In this document: positions 19,593 to 28,951 of the stretch, piece after piece
How positions within the stretch are numbered: the stretch's first letter is position 1
How the letters are laid out: every line of letters starts with the position of its first letter
NCBI GenBank assembly: GCA_964291395.2
Contig: OZ219856.1
Span: 1,440,001-1,504,000, forward strand
Length of the DNA stretch: 64,000 bases
Direction: 5' to 3'
From: Alphaproteobacteria bacterium
GTDB lineage: Bacteria > Pseudomonadota > Alphaproteobacteria > UBA2966
Made by a program: the position numbers and the translations under genes
The notes under the pieces: model-generated
What the model saw: only the letters and a program-made list of their open reading frames with translations
What the model was told of the DNA's origin: nothing
Databases searched by the model: none

Positions 19593-20636
19593 ATGTTTCT
19601 GAGGAACTACTGGTACGTCGGCGCCTACTCGGACGAGGTGACCCGCGAACCGATGGGCCGCGTCCTGCTCGGTGAACCCGTGGTGCTCTTCAGAACCCAG
19701 GACGGCAAGGCCGTCGCGCTCGAGGATCGTTGCGCCCACCGCCTGCTGCCGCTGTCCATGGGCAAGGTGATCGGGGACGTCATCCAGTGCCACTACCACG
19801 CCCTCGAGTTCGACGACACGGGCGCCTGCGTGCGAATCCCCGGTCAGGAGCGCATCCCGCCGCAGATGAAGGTCAAGAGCTACCCGGTGGTCGAGCGCGA
19901 CAATTGCGTCTTCGTCTGGATGGGCGAGGCCGGGGACGCCGACGAGTCCGAGGCCCCTGAATTCTTCGGCCTGCTCTTCCAAGACGGCTGGGGCGTGACC
20001 AAGGTGCATTGCCATGTGCAGGGCCATTACCAGCTCGTCATCGACAACCTGCTCGACCTCTCGCACCTCGCCACGGTACATGCCTCGACCGTCGGCAGCA
20101 TGCACGTCGCGGACCTTGCCGATGTCGAGATGGAACGGGACGGGGATCGCGTCAAGGTCTCCCGCTGGACGATGGATGTTCCGGCCGCCAGGACCTACCG
20201 GCAGTTCGGCAACTACGACTCCAACATCGACCGCTGGCAGATTTCCGAGTTCATGCCGCCCTCCTATTTCCGCATCAACAACGGTTCAGCGGCGGCCGGG
20301 ACCGGCGCCCGCCAGGGCAAGGGCGAGAAACGTTGGGACTTTTGGGTCTGCCACGGCATCACGCCGTCGACCGAGGACTCGACTCACTACTTCTGGCACC
20401 TCGGTCACAAGCTCTGGACCGACGACATGGACGAGGTGAACGAGTTCTACGAGCAGTGCCACAATGTGGTTGGCGAGGACATCGCCGTGTTCGAGGCGCA
20501 ACAGAGGAACATCAACGTCGATCCTGATGCGCCGATGGTCGATATCGGCTACGACGCGGGCCCTCTCCTCGCCCGCCGGATTATCGATCGGCTGCTGAAG
20601 GAGGAAGCCGCGGCACGTCCGGGCAAGGCGGTCTAA
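19593..20636 (+). CDS. Rieske oxygenase, VanA-like (paralog 3)
   Basis: MFLRNYWY; CAHR...CHYH; DNLLDLSHLATVH. Confidence 0.9.
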   Translation: MFLRNYWYVGAYSDEVTREPMGRVLLGEPVVLFRTQDGKAVALEDRCAHRLLPLSMGKVIGDVIQCHYHALEFDDTGACVRIPGQERIPPQMKVKSYPVVERDNCVFVWMGEAGDADESEAPEFFGLLFQDGWGVTKVHCHVQGHYQLVIDNLLDLSHLATVHASTVGSMHVADLADVEMERDGDRVKVSRWTMDVPAARTYRQFGNYDSNIDRWQISEFMPPSYFRINNGSAAAGTGARQGKGEKRWDFWVCHGITPSTEDSTHYFWHLGHKLWTDDMDEVNEFYEQCHNVVGEDIAVFEAQQRNINVDPDAPMVDIGYDAGPLLARRIIDRLLKEEAAARPGKAV

Positions 20637-21910
20637 GGACCCAACACCTGCGGCAGGAACAGCGAGACCTCGGGCACGTAGGTGATGATTCCGAGCGCGA
20701 TGATGTTGATGATGATGAACGGCACGACGCCGCGATAGATCGCGGTAAGCGGTGCCCTCAGCACCGATTGCACGACGAAGATGTTGAGCCCGAAGGGCGG
20801 CGTGAACATGCCGATCTCCAGATTCATCACCATTATGATGCCGAAATGGATGAGATCGATGTCGGCGGCCAGCACGATGGGCAGCAGCAGAGGCGTCAGG
20901 ATGATGATCGCGGACGTCGGGTCGAGCAGGCAGCCGACGATCAGCAGCAGCAGGTTGATGACCAGAAGAATGACCCAGGGCTGGGCGCCGATGTTCTCGA
21001 TAAACCCGACGATGGCGGCCGGCACGCCGCTGATCGTCAGCAGCCAGGAATAGAGGCCCGCCGCGGCAATGATGATGAAGATCTGGGCGCATACGTAGGC
21101 CGTGCGAATCGCCGCCTCCCAGACGCCGCGCCAATCGAGCTCCCGGTAGGCGTACATGGTGACGATGATGGCGTAGATCCCCGCGATCGCGCCGGCCTCG
21201 GTGGGGTCGAAGACGCCCGAATAGATGCCGCCCAAGATGATCAGCGGCGTCATCAGGGCGAGAAAGCCCGCCCCTGAGGCGCGGACGAATTCGCGGAACG
21301 CGAAGCTTTTGGTGATCCCCATGTTGTTGCGGCGCGCGTAGAGATAGATGTAGGCCGCCATCAGCGCGGCCAGCAGCAGGCCGGGCAGGAATCCGGCGAT
21401 GAACAGCTTCACCACCGATACCTCCGCCGAACCGCCGTAGATGATCATGGCGATCGAGGGCGGGATGATCACCGCGATGGCGCCGGACGAGGCCAGCACG
21501 CCGGCGGAAAAGCTCTCGCTATAGCCGTTGTTGAGCAGCGGTCGGTAGAGCACCTGTCCCACGGCGGCCGTCGTCGCCGCACCGGACCCCGACATGGCGC
21601 CGAAGAAGGCGCACGACCCCACCGCGGTGATGGGCAGGCTGCCGCGCACGCCGCCGACGATGGAGAGAACCCAGGAGACGATGCGGTTGGAGAGGCCGCC
21701 GCGGCTCATCAGCTCGCCGGCGAAGATGAAGAAGGGCGCGGCCAGGAACGCGAGCTTGTCGACGCTGCCGAACATCTTGATGTGGGCGATGTTCATCGAC
21801 ACGTCCATGAAGAACGTGAGGATGACGACGGAGGTCGCGATGAGGATGAGAAAGACCGGGAAGCCGAAGATCAGGAGGCTGACCGGCAGGAGGACCATTA
21901 CCCAGCCCAC
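20633..21910 (-). CDS. dctM: TRAP transporter large permease
   Basis: APFFIFAGELM, IIPPSIAMIIYG, PTEAG, TPPFGLN motifs. Confidence 0.93.
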   Translation of the reverse strand: MGWVMVLLPVSLLIFGFPVFLILIATSVVILTFFMDVSMNIAHIKMFGSVDKLAFLAAPFFIFAGELMSRGGLSNRIVSWVLSIVGGVRGSLPITAVGSCAFFGAMSGSGAATTAAVGQVLYRPLLNNGYSESFSAGVLASSGAIAVIIPPSIAMIIYGGSAEVSVVKLFIAGFLPGLLLAALMAAYIYLYARRNNMGITKSFAFREFVRASGAGFLALMTPLIILGGIYSGVFDPTEAGAIAGIYAIIVTMYAYRELDWRGVWEAAIRTAYVCAQIFIIIAAAGLYSWLLTISGVPAAIVGFIENIGAQPWVILLVINLLLLIVGCLLDPTSAIIILTPLLLPIVLAADIDLIHFGIIMVMNLEIGMFTPPFGLNIFVVQSVLRAPLTAIYRGVVPFIIINIIALGIITYVPEVSLFLPQVLGP

Positions 21911-21952
21911 GGCTCGCCTCCCCGTTCTGGGATGCTGCGGGACATTGTGGGG

Positions 21953-22522
21953 CTACACGCCATGATCGATGGTTCTGCCTTCTTTCACTTCCGAGATGTC
22001 GTCGTGTGTCCGGTCCATCTCGCCGAGCACGTTGGCCCGGAAGCGGACCACGACGGCGACCAGCATGAAGAAGAAGCCGATGAGCACCATGGAGTGCGGG
22101 TACACCATCGGGATCTCGGCGGCGACGCTGTGCTTGTCGAATCGCACCTGGAGAACGGTGACCTGCCAGGACTGGGTGACGATAAAGGCGCAGATGCCGA
22201 TGAACGTGACCGTAGAGACGAAGTTCACGATCTCCTTCCACGGTCTCGGCAGGAATTGGGACAGAATGTCCATCTTGAGATGGCGCCCGTCCCAGGTCAC
22301 GAGGATGGCGGCGATGTAGACGAAGCAGATCAGGATGTAGCGCTGAACTTCTTCGGCCCAGAAGAAAGGTGCGAGGAAGAAGTATCGGGCGACGACGTTG
22401 GCGCCCGAGACCGCGACGATCGCCAGTACGAGAATGCCGCAGATGAAGCGGGGGATCGCGAAGGCGATTCGCTCAAGTCGCCGGTAGCGGTCTTCGGTAC
22501 GGGAACCGGACTCCTCACTCAT
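21953..22522 (-). CDS. dctQ: TRAP transporter small permease
   Basis: Four TM segments; NVVARY, WAEE, HLKMD. Confidence 0.9.
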   Translation of the reverse strand: MSEESGSRTEDRYRRLERIAFAIPRFICGILVLAIVAVSGANVVARYFFLAPFFWAEEVQRYILICFVYIAAILVTWDGRHLKMDILSQFLPRPWKEIVNFVSTVTFIGICAFIVTQSWQVTVLQVRFDKHSVAAEIPMVYPHSMVLIGFFFMLVAVVVRFRANVLGEMDRTHDDISEVKEGRTIDHGV

Positions 22523-22714
22523 GACGGCGGCAGCTCCTCCCCGCTGCGACCCCATTCCGAACACGCCGTCCTCGACGCGCCAACTGCTTTTCCGGATCGC
22601 AAAACCCACGGAAAAACAAGGTTTAAGGGGCTTTGACGCGCTTTACAGTACCGACATCGCTCTCTAAGCTCAACTTGCCAACCACACCTAGAATGGGACA
22701 AAGGGAGGCTCCAG

Positions 22715-23782
22715 ATGTCCAGGACATTTTCAAAAGTGGTCTCCGGTTTACCGATTGCCTTGTTGAGCGCGGCATTTGCGACGTTTTTGATTCTTGGGCC
22801 CCAGCAAGTGGCGGCGGCCGAGTTCGTGATCAAGGTCGCCATTTTCCCGACGGACGAAATCCACCACGAATTCGGACGGAAGTACGAGCAGCGCCTCGAG
22901 GAAGTGACCAACGGACGCATCGACGTCCAGCTCTTCCCGGGCCATCAGTTGGGTGGCATCGGCGAGATGGTGGACGGCGTACAGGTCGGTACCATCGAGA
23001 TCAGCATGTTGCCGCCCGGCTTCTTCAAAGGTGTCGACCGGCGCTATCAGGTGACGGACGTGCCAGGCCTGTTCGACGACATCGCCCACATCTCCCGGGC
23101 CCTGAGCTGCCCGCACTTCCGGGACGACTTCATGCGAATGACCGAGGACAAAGGCATGATCGGCGTAGCCATCTTCGACTATGGACCGACCGCCTACGCC
23201 TCGCTCGAGCCCATCCGCACGCTGGCCGATTTCAAGGGCAAGAAGATCCGCGTGCTGGCCACCGACGTGGAGCGCGCCGTGATCGAGGAGTTCGGCGGCA
23301 CGGGCATTCCGATGCCCATGGGCGATGCCATTCCCGGTCTGCAACGCAAACAGATCGACGGCATCCGCAGCACCATCGTCGTGCTCGCGGCGCTCAAGTT
23401 CTACGACGTCGCCAAGTACATCACCCTGGTCGAGGACACCCACATCCCCGACATGGCGATGATGAGCAAGAAGTTCTACGATTCACTGCCCCCCGACCTG
23501 CAGAAGGCGGTGATGGACGTGGGTGCGGAGCTCGAGCGTTACATGGAAGACGTGGTTATCCGCTACGACCGCCGCGCCGCGAACCTGTGGCGCAGCAAGG
23601 GCGGAGAGGTGATCCGGTTGTCCACGGCGGACCGCGACGAGTTCATGGCCCGGACAGCCAAGATCGGGGACCGCATCATGGGCGAAGATCCGGAACTCGC
23701 GCCGATGTACAACAAGTTGAAAGAGTGCGCGCGCATCACACGCCTGACCGATCATGAGATCAAAAAAGGATCCGGCCTCTGA
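22715..23782 (+). CDS. dctP: TRAP substrate-binding protein
   Basis: Signal peptide; FPGHQLG; KGKKIRV with the carboxylate-binding Arg; LQRKQIDG. Confidence 0.92.
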   Translation: MSRTFSKVVSGLPIALLSAAFATFLILGPQQVAAAEFVIKVAIFPTDEIHHEFGRKYEQRLEEVTNGRIDVQLFPGHQLGGIGEMVDGVQVGTIEISMLPPGFFKGVDRRYQVTDVPGLFDDIAHISRALSCPHFRDDFMRMTEDKGMIGVAIFDYGPTAYASLEPIRTLADFKGKKIRVLATDVERAVIEEFGGTGIPMPMGDAIPGLQRKQIDGIRSTIVVLAALKFYDVAKYITLVEDTHIPDMAMMSKKFYDSLPPDLQKAVMDVGAELERYMEDVVIRYDRRAANLWRSKGGEVIRLSTADRDEFMARTAKIGDRIMGEDPELAPMYNKLKECARITRLTDHEIKKGSGL

Positions 23783-23809
23783 GGGGAATTCAACGGACGC
23801 AGGACATCG

Positions 23810-23841
23810 AGGGGTCGGCAAATCGCCGGCCCCTTTCCTTT
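23810..23841 (+). terminator. Intrinsic terminator-like hairpin between convergent dctP and livF
   Basis: AGGGGTCGGC-AAATC-GCCGGCCCCT followed by TTCCTTT. Confidence 0.6.
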
Positions 23842-23842
23842 G

Positions 23843-24556
23843 TCAGCGGCGCTCTGACCGCCGCACGCCGACGTACCGATGGAGTGGTTCCGGGTCTTTC
23901 TCGAGCTCTCCCGGCGTCGCCTGGTTCGCAACGGATCCGTTCTCGATGAAGACGATGCGGTCAGCGACCTGCAGCGCCGCCTCCACTTTCTGTTCTACGA
24001 GCAGAATGCCGACGCCGTGATCTTTCAAGCCGGCGACGGTATCCAACAACGTCGCCACGATCGTCGGCATCAGTCCTTCGCTCGGTTCGTCGAGCAGAAG
24101 GAGCCGTGGTCGGAGGCACAGGGCCCGGGCGGTCGCCAGCATCTGCTGTTCGCCGCCACTCAGTGTTCCGGCACGCTGGCGCATACGCTCCGTCAAGACG
24201 GGAAACAGGCCCAGCACCCAATCGAGAGTGTCCTGTCCGCTTTCCTGGACCAGCAGGCCCATCCGGAGGTTTTCTTCGACGCTGAGTCCGGCGAACAGTC
24301 TCCGTCCCTGAGGGACATATGCGACACCGTGCTTCGGGACGTCGTGCGGACCCAGACCGGTCAGTTCGCTGCCGCCCATCTTGATGGTGCCCGACCGCGG
24401 TTTGATCTGCCCCATGATGGTGCGTAGGGTGGTGGTCTTGCCGGCGCCATTCCGGCCCAACAGGCCGACGATCTCGCCCGCGCCGACGCCGAAGGACACG
24501 TCCTTCAATACCTGAACGGCGCCGTGGTAGCAGTTGACGTTCTCAAGCCGCAGCAT
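23843..24556 (-). CDS. livF: Branched-chain-type ABC transporter ATPase (LivF-like)
   Basis: GRNGAGKTT, LSGGEQQ, LLDEPSEGL. Confidence 0.9.
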   Translation of the reverse strand: MLRLENVNCYHGAVQVLKDVSFGVGAGEIVGLLGRNGAGKTTTLRTIMGQIKPRSGTIKMGGSELTGLGPHDVPKHGVAYVPQGRRLFAGLSVEENLRMGLLVQESGQDTLDWVLGLFPVLTERMRQRAGTLSGGEQQMLATARALCLRPRLLLLDEPSEGLMPTIVATLLDTVAGLKDHGVGILLVEQKVEAALQVADRIVFIENGSVANQATPGELEKDPEPLHRYVGVRRSERR

Positions 24557-25298
24557 CAGTTCCCAAGTACGCCCGCTGGACCACGGGGTCTCGTTCGATT
24601 TCGGACGGCGTCCCTTCGGCAATGACCATTCCCTTGTCCATCACGGTGATCAGCTCGGCCAGTTCGAGGACGACGGACATATTGTGCTCGATCAGGAGCA
24701 CGGTCACGCGTTTCGAAATCGCGCGGATTAGATCGCAGAAGCTGGAAATTTCTTCCAGGGCGAGGCCCTGTGTGGGTTCGTCGAGGATCAACAGCTCCGG
24801 CTCCAATGCCAATCCCATCGAGACTTCCAGGAGCCGCTGGTGGCCGTACGGGAGTTCGCCCGCCTGGCGGTGCATCTCGTCCGCCAGGCCGACCCGGGAC
24901 AGCGCCAGCTCGATACCCTTCGTAACCCGCTCTTCCGCGAGCACGAGGCGGTCGCGCAGACCTCCCATCATGCGTCGCTGTACGGCCAGGGCCACGTTTT
25001 CGTAGCAGCTCAGGTTGGCGTAGATGCTTGTGACCTGAAATGTGTAGACGATCCCCCGACCCACACGATCCCACGCCCGCAGGCCGGTGATGTCCTCGCC
25101 CTTGAATCGAATCGAGCCTTGGGTCGGCTTGAGACGACCGCTGACGAGGCTGACCAGCGTCGTCTTGCCCGCGCCGTTGGGGCCGATGACGGCCCTGATC
25201 TCGCCGGCCGGGATGACCAGCGCTACATCGTCGACAGCCTGCAGGCCCCCGAAGTTCTTGCTCAGGCCGATGGTTTCGAGCAGCGTCACGGTAGCCAT
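24543..25298 (-). CDS. livG: Branched-chain-type ABC transporter ATPase (LivG-like)
   Basis: FGGLQAV, GPNGAGKTT, LPYGHQR, LDEP, IEHNM, AYLG. Confidence 0.9.
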   Translation of the reverse strand: MATVTLLETIGLSKNFGGLQAVDDVALVIPAGEIRAVIGPNGAGKTTLVSLVSGRLKPTQGSIRFKGEDITGLRAWDRVGRGIVYTFQVTSIYANLSCYENVALAVQRRMMGGLRDRLVLAEERVTKGIELALSRVGLADEMHRQAGELPYGHQRLLEVSMGLALEPELLILDEPTQGLALEEISSFCDLIRAISKRVTVLLIEHNMSVVLELAELITVMDKGMVIAEGTPSEIERDPVVQRAYLGTDAAA

Positions 25299-26247
25299 GG
25301 CAACCACTTTTCGCGGATCGTGCCCATGAGTCCCTTGGGGAAATAAAGCACCAGAACGACCAGAACGATGCCGACGACGATCAGGTGGCTCTCGGTCAGG
25401 CCGCTCGCGATATCGACGAGATAGAACATGAGCCCCGTCCCAAGGACGGGACCGATCAAGGTTCCCATGCCGCCGACCAGAGTCCACAGAAGCGGAAATA
25501 TCGAATACTCGATGGACGCGAAAGTGGAACCGATGTACGAGAACAGCAGCGCGTACATGGCGCCCGCGGCTCCCGATATGGTGGCCGAGATCACCAGCGA
25601 CACCAGCTTGTACTTGTAGGTGTTGTAGCCCAGCATGCGGGTGCGCGCCTCGTTTTCCCGGATCGCCACGAAGACGCGCCCGATCGGCGAATACACGATG
25701 GCGATGCAGACGAGGAAGGTAACGCCGAACAAGAGCAGCGCGGCGTTGTACTTCACGTCCGGATCCGAGAATTCCAGCACGGCTCCCCCACCTCAAGGGG
25801 TGGAAGCACCTGAGATATCACGATGCCCTGATCTCCGAGCGTGATTTCGTTGAAGTAGAGCGTGGAGAGGAACGCCGCCTGCGCGAACATGAGCGTGACG
25901 ATCAAGAACGACACGCCGCTCGTGCGGATGACGATCAGTCCGAATGTGACGCCCAGCAGAGAGCTCGAGACGACGCCGGCCGCGAACGCTTCGAGGGCAT
26001 TGAACTGCAGGTAGAACACGGGTAGCCCCGCGCCATAGACGCCGGCGGCGAAGAACATGGCATGCCCGAGGCTCAGCAGGCCCGTGTAACCCAGCAGAAC
26101 GTTGTAGCCCAACGCGAACGCCGCGAAGATCATGATCCGCGCGACGTTGATGTGGTGGTAGGGGGACAGGAAGAACTGCGCCACCAGCAGCAGCGCGATG
26201 ATGCCGAGGTGGATGACGAGAACCTTGCCCGAAATCCGGCGGCTCAT
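25286..26247 (-). CDS. livM: ABC permease (LivM-like), split by a 1-nt frameshift at about 25785-25789 (pseudogene or sequencing error)
   Basis: N-half MSRRISG...GYTGLLSLGH...LGDQGI; C-half AIRENE...GGMGTLIGP in another frame; one extra base in the C5 run gives PLEVGGAVLEFSD. Confidence 0.85.
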
Positions 26248-27125
26248 GCCTCTTCGTCCCCGAACAGTCCGCCGGGCCGTATCACGAGTACCAGCGCCAC
26301 CAGCAATGTGGCGAGTATCTTGGCCAACGTCGGCGAGAAGAAGACCGAGATCACGCCGTCCGTGATGCCGATGACGAAGGCGGCGACGAGCGTTCCCCGC
26401 AGATTGCCGAGGCCGCCGATGATCACGACGATGAACGACAGCAGCAATGGGTCGAGGCCCATCAGGTAGTGGGCCTGCTGCATCGGCACGACGAGCACGC
26501 CGGCCGCCGCGGCCAGCGCCGCTCCGAATCCGAAGACCAGGGCATACACGCGGCGCACGGGGACGCCATAGGCCTGGGCCATCTCTTCGTCCTGCTGCGT
26601 GGCCCGCATGTAGAGACCCATCTGGGTTCGGGAAATGACGATCCACGTTCCGATCAGCAACAGGGCGGACGTTCCCGCCACGATCAGTTTGTAGCCCGAA
26701 TAGCCGAACCACGGGAACGAGATCCGGAAATAGATCGGAGCTTCCACGGACTTCGCGTCGCCGCCGTAAAACGTCAACACGATCTGCTGGATGATGTAGA
26801 GCAGTCCGATGGTGGCCACGATGGTGCTTTCCGGGTCGTAGTCGATGCGCCTCAGGATCAGCCAATCGGATGCGACGGCGATGGCGCCGACGACCAGCGG
26901 CCCGGCAATCAATGCGACGAGGAAACCGATGAGCGCGGAGCCGCCGACCAGCGAGCCGAACCACCAGGCGAGCACCGCGCCGAGCATGAAGAACTCGCCG
27001 TGCGCGATGTTGACGATGCGCATCACGCCGAACACGAGCGACAGCCCGAGCGCGGTGAGCGCGAGCACGAGCGCGGTTACCGTACCCTCGAGCAGAGCCA
27101 GAAACAGATGGGGGCCGAGGCTCAT
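26244..27125 (-). CDS. livH: ABC permease (LivH-like)
   Basis: LGLSLVFGVMRIVNIAHGE, IIGGLG. Confidence 0.92.
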   Translation of the reverse strand: MSLGPHLFLALLEGTVTALVLALTALGLSLVFGVMRIVNIAHGEFFMLGAVLAWWFGSLVGGSALIGFLVALIAGPLVVGAIAVASDWLILRRIDYDPESTIVATIGLLYIIQQIVLTFYGGDAKSVEAPIYFRISFPWFGYSGYKLIVAGTSALLLIGTWIVISRTQMGLYMRATQQDEEMAQAYGVPVRRVYALVFGFGAALAAAAGVLVVPMQQAHYLMGLDPLLLSFIVVIIGGLGNLRGTLVAAFVIGITDGVISVFFSPTLAKILATLLVALVLVIRPGGLFGDEEA

Positions 27126-27140
27126 TCGATTTCGCGAAGC

Positions 27141-27174
27141 GTGACTAGGCGAGACTAGGCGGGACTAGGCGAGA
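27141..27174. repeat. Short tandem repeat, 3 x 10 bp (GNGACTAGGC)
   Basis: GTGACTAGGC GAGACTAGGC GGGACTAGGC GAGA. Confidence 0.8.
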
Positions 27175-27415
27175 TGACGGGGTCCCTCCCCTTGCCCGTT
27201 CGGTCATGCATCGGCCCCGGATCGGGGCCGGGAGCGGTCCGCGCATCGGCCGGTTGCAGTTGCGGGCGGCAAGCAGGCATGAGCGCGATTCCGCTTCGCG
27301 CTCTCCTTTCTCGCCGGTTTGAATTTTTCTTTCAAATAAAGACCGTTATCGGGATCGGTTAAGACGATATCGCAACAAAAAGCCGTTTCCCGATCCGTTC
27401 GAACCGTTCGTCCCG

Positions 27416-27444
27416 CCGGCCTCCCCCGCATCGAGGGAGGCCGG
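27416..27444. repeat. GC-rich palindrome (REP-like / mRNA-stabilising hairpin) downstream of the binding-protein gene
   Basis: Perfect 10-bp stem CCGGCCTCCC/GGGAGGCCGG with a 9-nt loop. Confidence 0.6.
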
Positions 27445-27483
27445 ACGGGGGGTGAGCTCGCCGAACCGTCGCGATCGGGCCGC

Positions 27484-28827
27484 CTACAGAGGTTGCTTCG
27501 TGTAATCGTGTTCGGGCTCGTACAGCGAATCCTCGATCGAGGTCTTGTGCACGACCTTCAACCTCTGATTCTCGACCAGAGAGATATACTGTTCCGCGTG
27601 GGCCTGGTGGCTTCCGCCCCGGAACAGCTTGTGGCCCTGAGGGTGCTCGATCCCTTCGTTGAACCAACGGGTGTTCTCGAGGGTCTCGATGAATGCCGCC
27701 TTGTCCTTCGCCGTGGAATCCACGTAGCCGCTCTGCTCCACCGTCTGCTTGATGGCGAAGAGCGTTTCCCAGCAGCCGAACATGTGCGAGGCATAGGCGG
27801 TGTCCTTGGGGTCGTCCACGTAGGTGCCGGTATCCGTCATGCCCACCTTCTGGCGGTAAAAGTCGGCAGCCCGGGTCGGCAGGCCGTCGGCGTAGCGTGG
27901 AAAGCCTTCCCAGAAATACGTGCCCTCCAGGAACTCCAGGCCGGGGCTCGCGATGTTGACGCCTTCCAGCGAGTCGATGAAGCCGAAGATCTGCGGCCGG
28001 TTGTTGCCGAAATGCTCGCCCATCTCGCGCACGAAGGTCAGAACGCCGGGACCCACCATGACGTGGTAGAGCAGTTCCGTGTCCGACGGGACGCGGGGAA
28101 AATACTTGGTGAACGATGATTCCGTGGGCGGAATCGGGATGAGTTCCTTCATCTCCGCGCCATTGGCCTTCACGGCCGCTCCGAAGTAGTCCCTGTGGGC
28201 ATAGCCAAAGGCATAGTCCGGGAAGATCATGGTCACCTTCTTGCCGAGCTTGTCCAGGACCCATTTGGCGATGGCGGTCATCTGCGAGCGCACGTCGGAG
28301 GTGCCGGCCTGGAACACGTAGCGACTGAACTGCCCGTTGGGAACCGCCGGGGTTTCACTGACCACGAAGTACGGCATCTTCAATTCGCCGGCACGCGGCG
28401 CCGAGCCGATCACGACGTGCGAGAACAGCGTGCCGAAAACGAAATCGACCTTGTGCAGGCTCGCGAACTTCTCGACGACCTCGGCCCCGCGCTTGGGATC
28501 GGTACCGTCGTCTTCGACGATCAGCTCGATCGGCCGGCCGCCGATGCCGCCGGTCTCGTTGATCAGTTTCACCGCAGCCTTGGTGGTGCGCTCGTACCAG
28601 CGCCCGTATCCGGCGCCGATTCCGGTCCGGTGCGCCTGGAATCCGAGCTTGAGGGGCTTGTCGGTCGCCGAAGCCGCCCGGGGCGTGAAGGGACTCGGGA
28701 CGATGCCGCTGACGAGTCCGCCGGCCGCCGCGCCACCCGCCAGGGCGGCGCCTTTGAACAATCCGCGTCGGGAGACACCCTGACGACGCGGTTGGGTTGT
28801 CTTGTTGTCGGTCTCTTTCCTGGTCAT
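27484..28827 (-). CDS. ABC transporter substrate-binding protein (Leu/Ile/Val-binding family), Tat-exported
   Basis: Twin-arginine SRRGLFK; INETGGIGGRPIELIVEDD; DYAFG; upstream of livHMGF. Confidence 0.9.
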   Translation of the reverse strand: MTRKETDNKTTQPRRQGVSRRGLFKGAALAGGAAAGGLVSGIVPSPFTPRAASATDKPLKLGFQAHRTGIGAGYGRWYERTTKAAVKLINETGGIGGRPIELIVEDDGTDPKRGAEVVEKFASLHKVDFVFGTLFSHVVIGSAPRAGELKMPYFVVSETPAVPNGQFSRYVFQAGTSDVRSQMTAIAKWVLDKLGKKVTMIFPDYAFGYAHRDYFGAAVKANGAEMKELIPIPPTESSFTKYFPRVPSDTELLYHVMVGPGVLTFVREMGEHFGNNRPQIFGFIDSLEGVNIASPGLEFLEGTYFWEGFPRYADGLPTRAADFYRQKVGMTDTGTYVDDPKDTAYASHMFGCWETLFAIKQTVEQSGYVDSTAKDKAAFIETLENTRWFNEGIEHPQGHKLFRGGSHQAHAEQYISLVENQRLKVVHKTSIEDSLYEPEHDYTKQPL

Positions 28828-28951
28828 CGCTGCATCCTCCGCGCAGAACGTGGGCTGTTGTTCACGACGCTCGAACGGTAACACGACGGGAGCGACGCGC
28901 CAAGTTCGCTCGTCGGTTGCCTGTGAGAATTTCCGTACATTTATCAGCTAC

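Noticed and set aside
27141-27174. Possible CRISPR or mini-array
   Set aside because: 10-bp units without spacers and no cas genes; no CRISPR array was seen anywhere in the window
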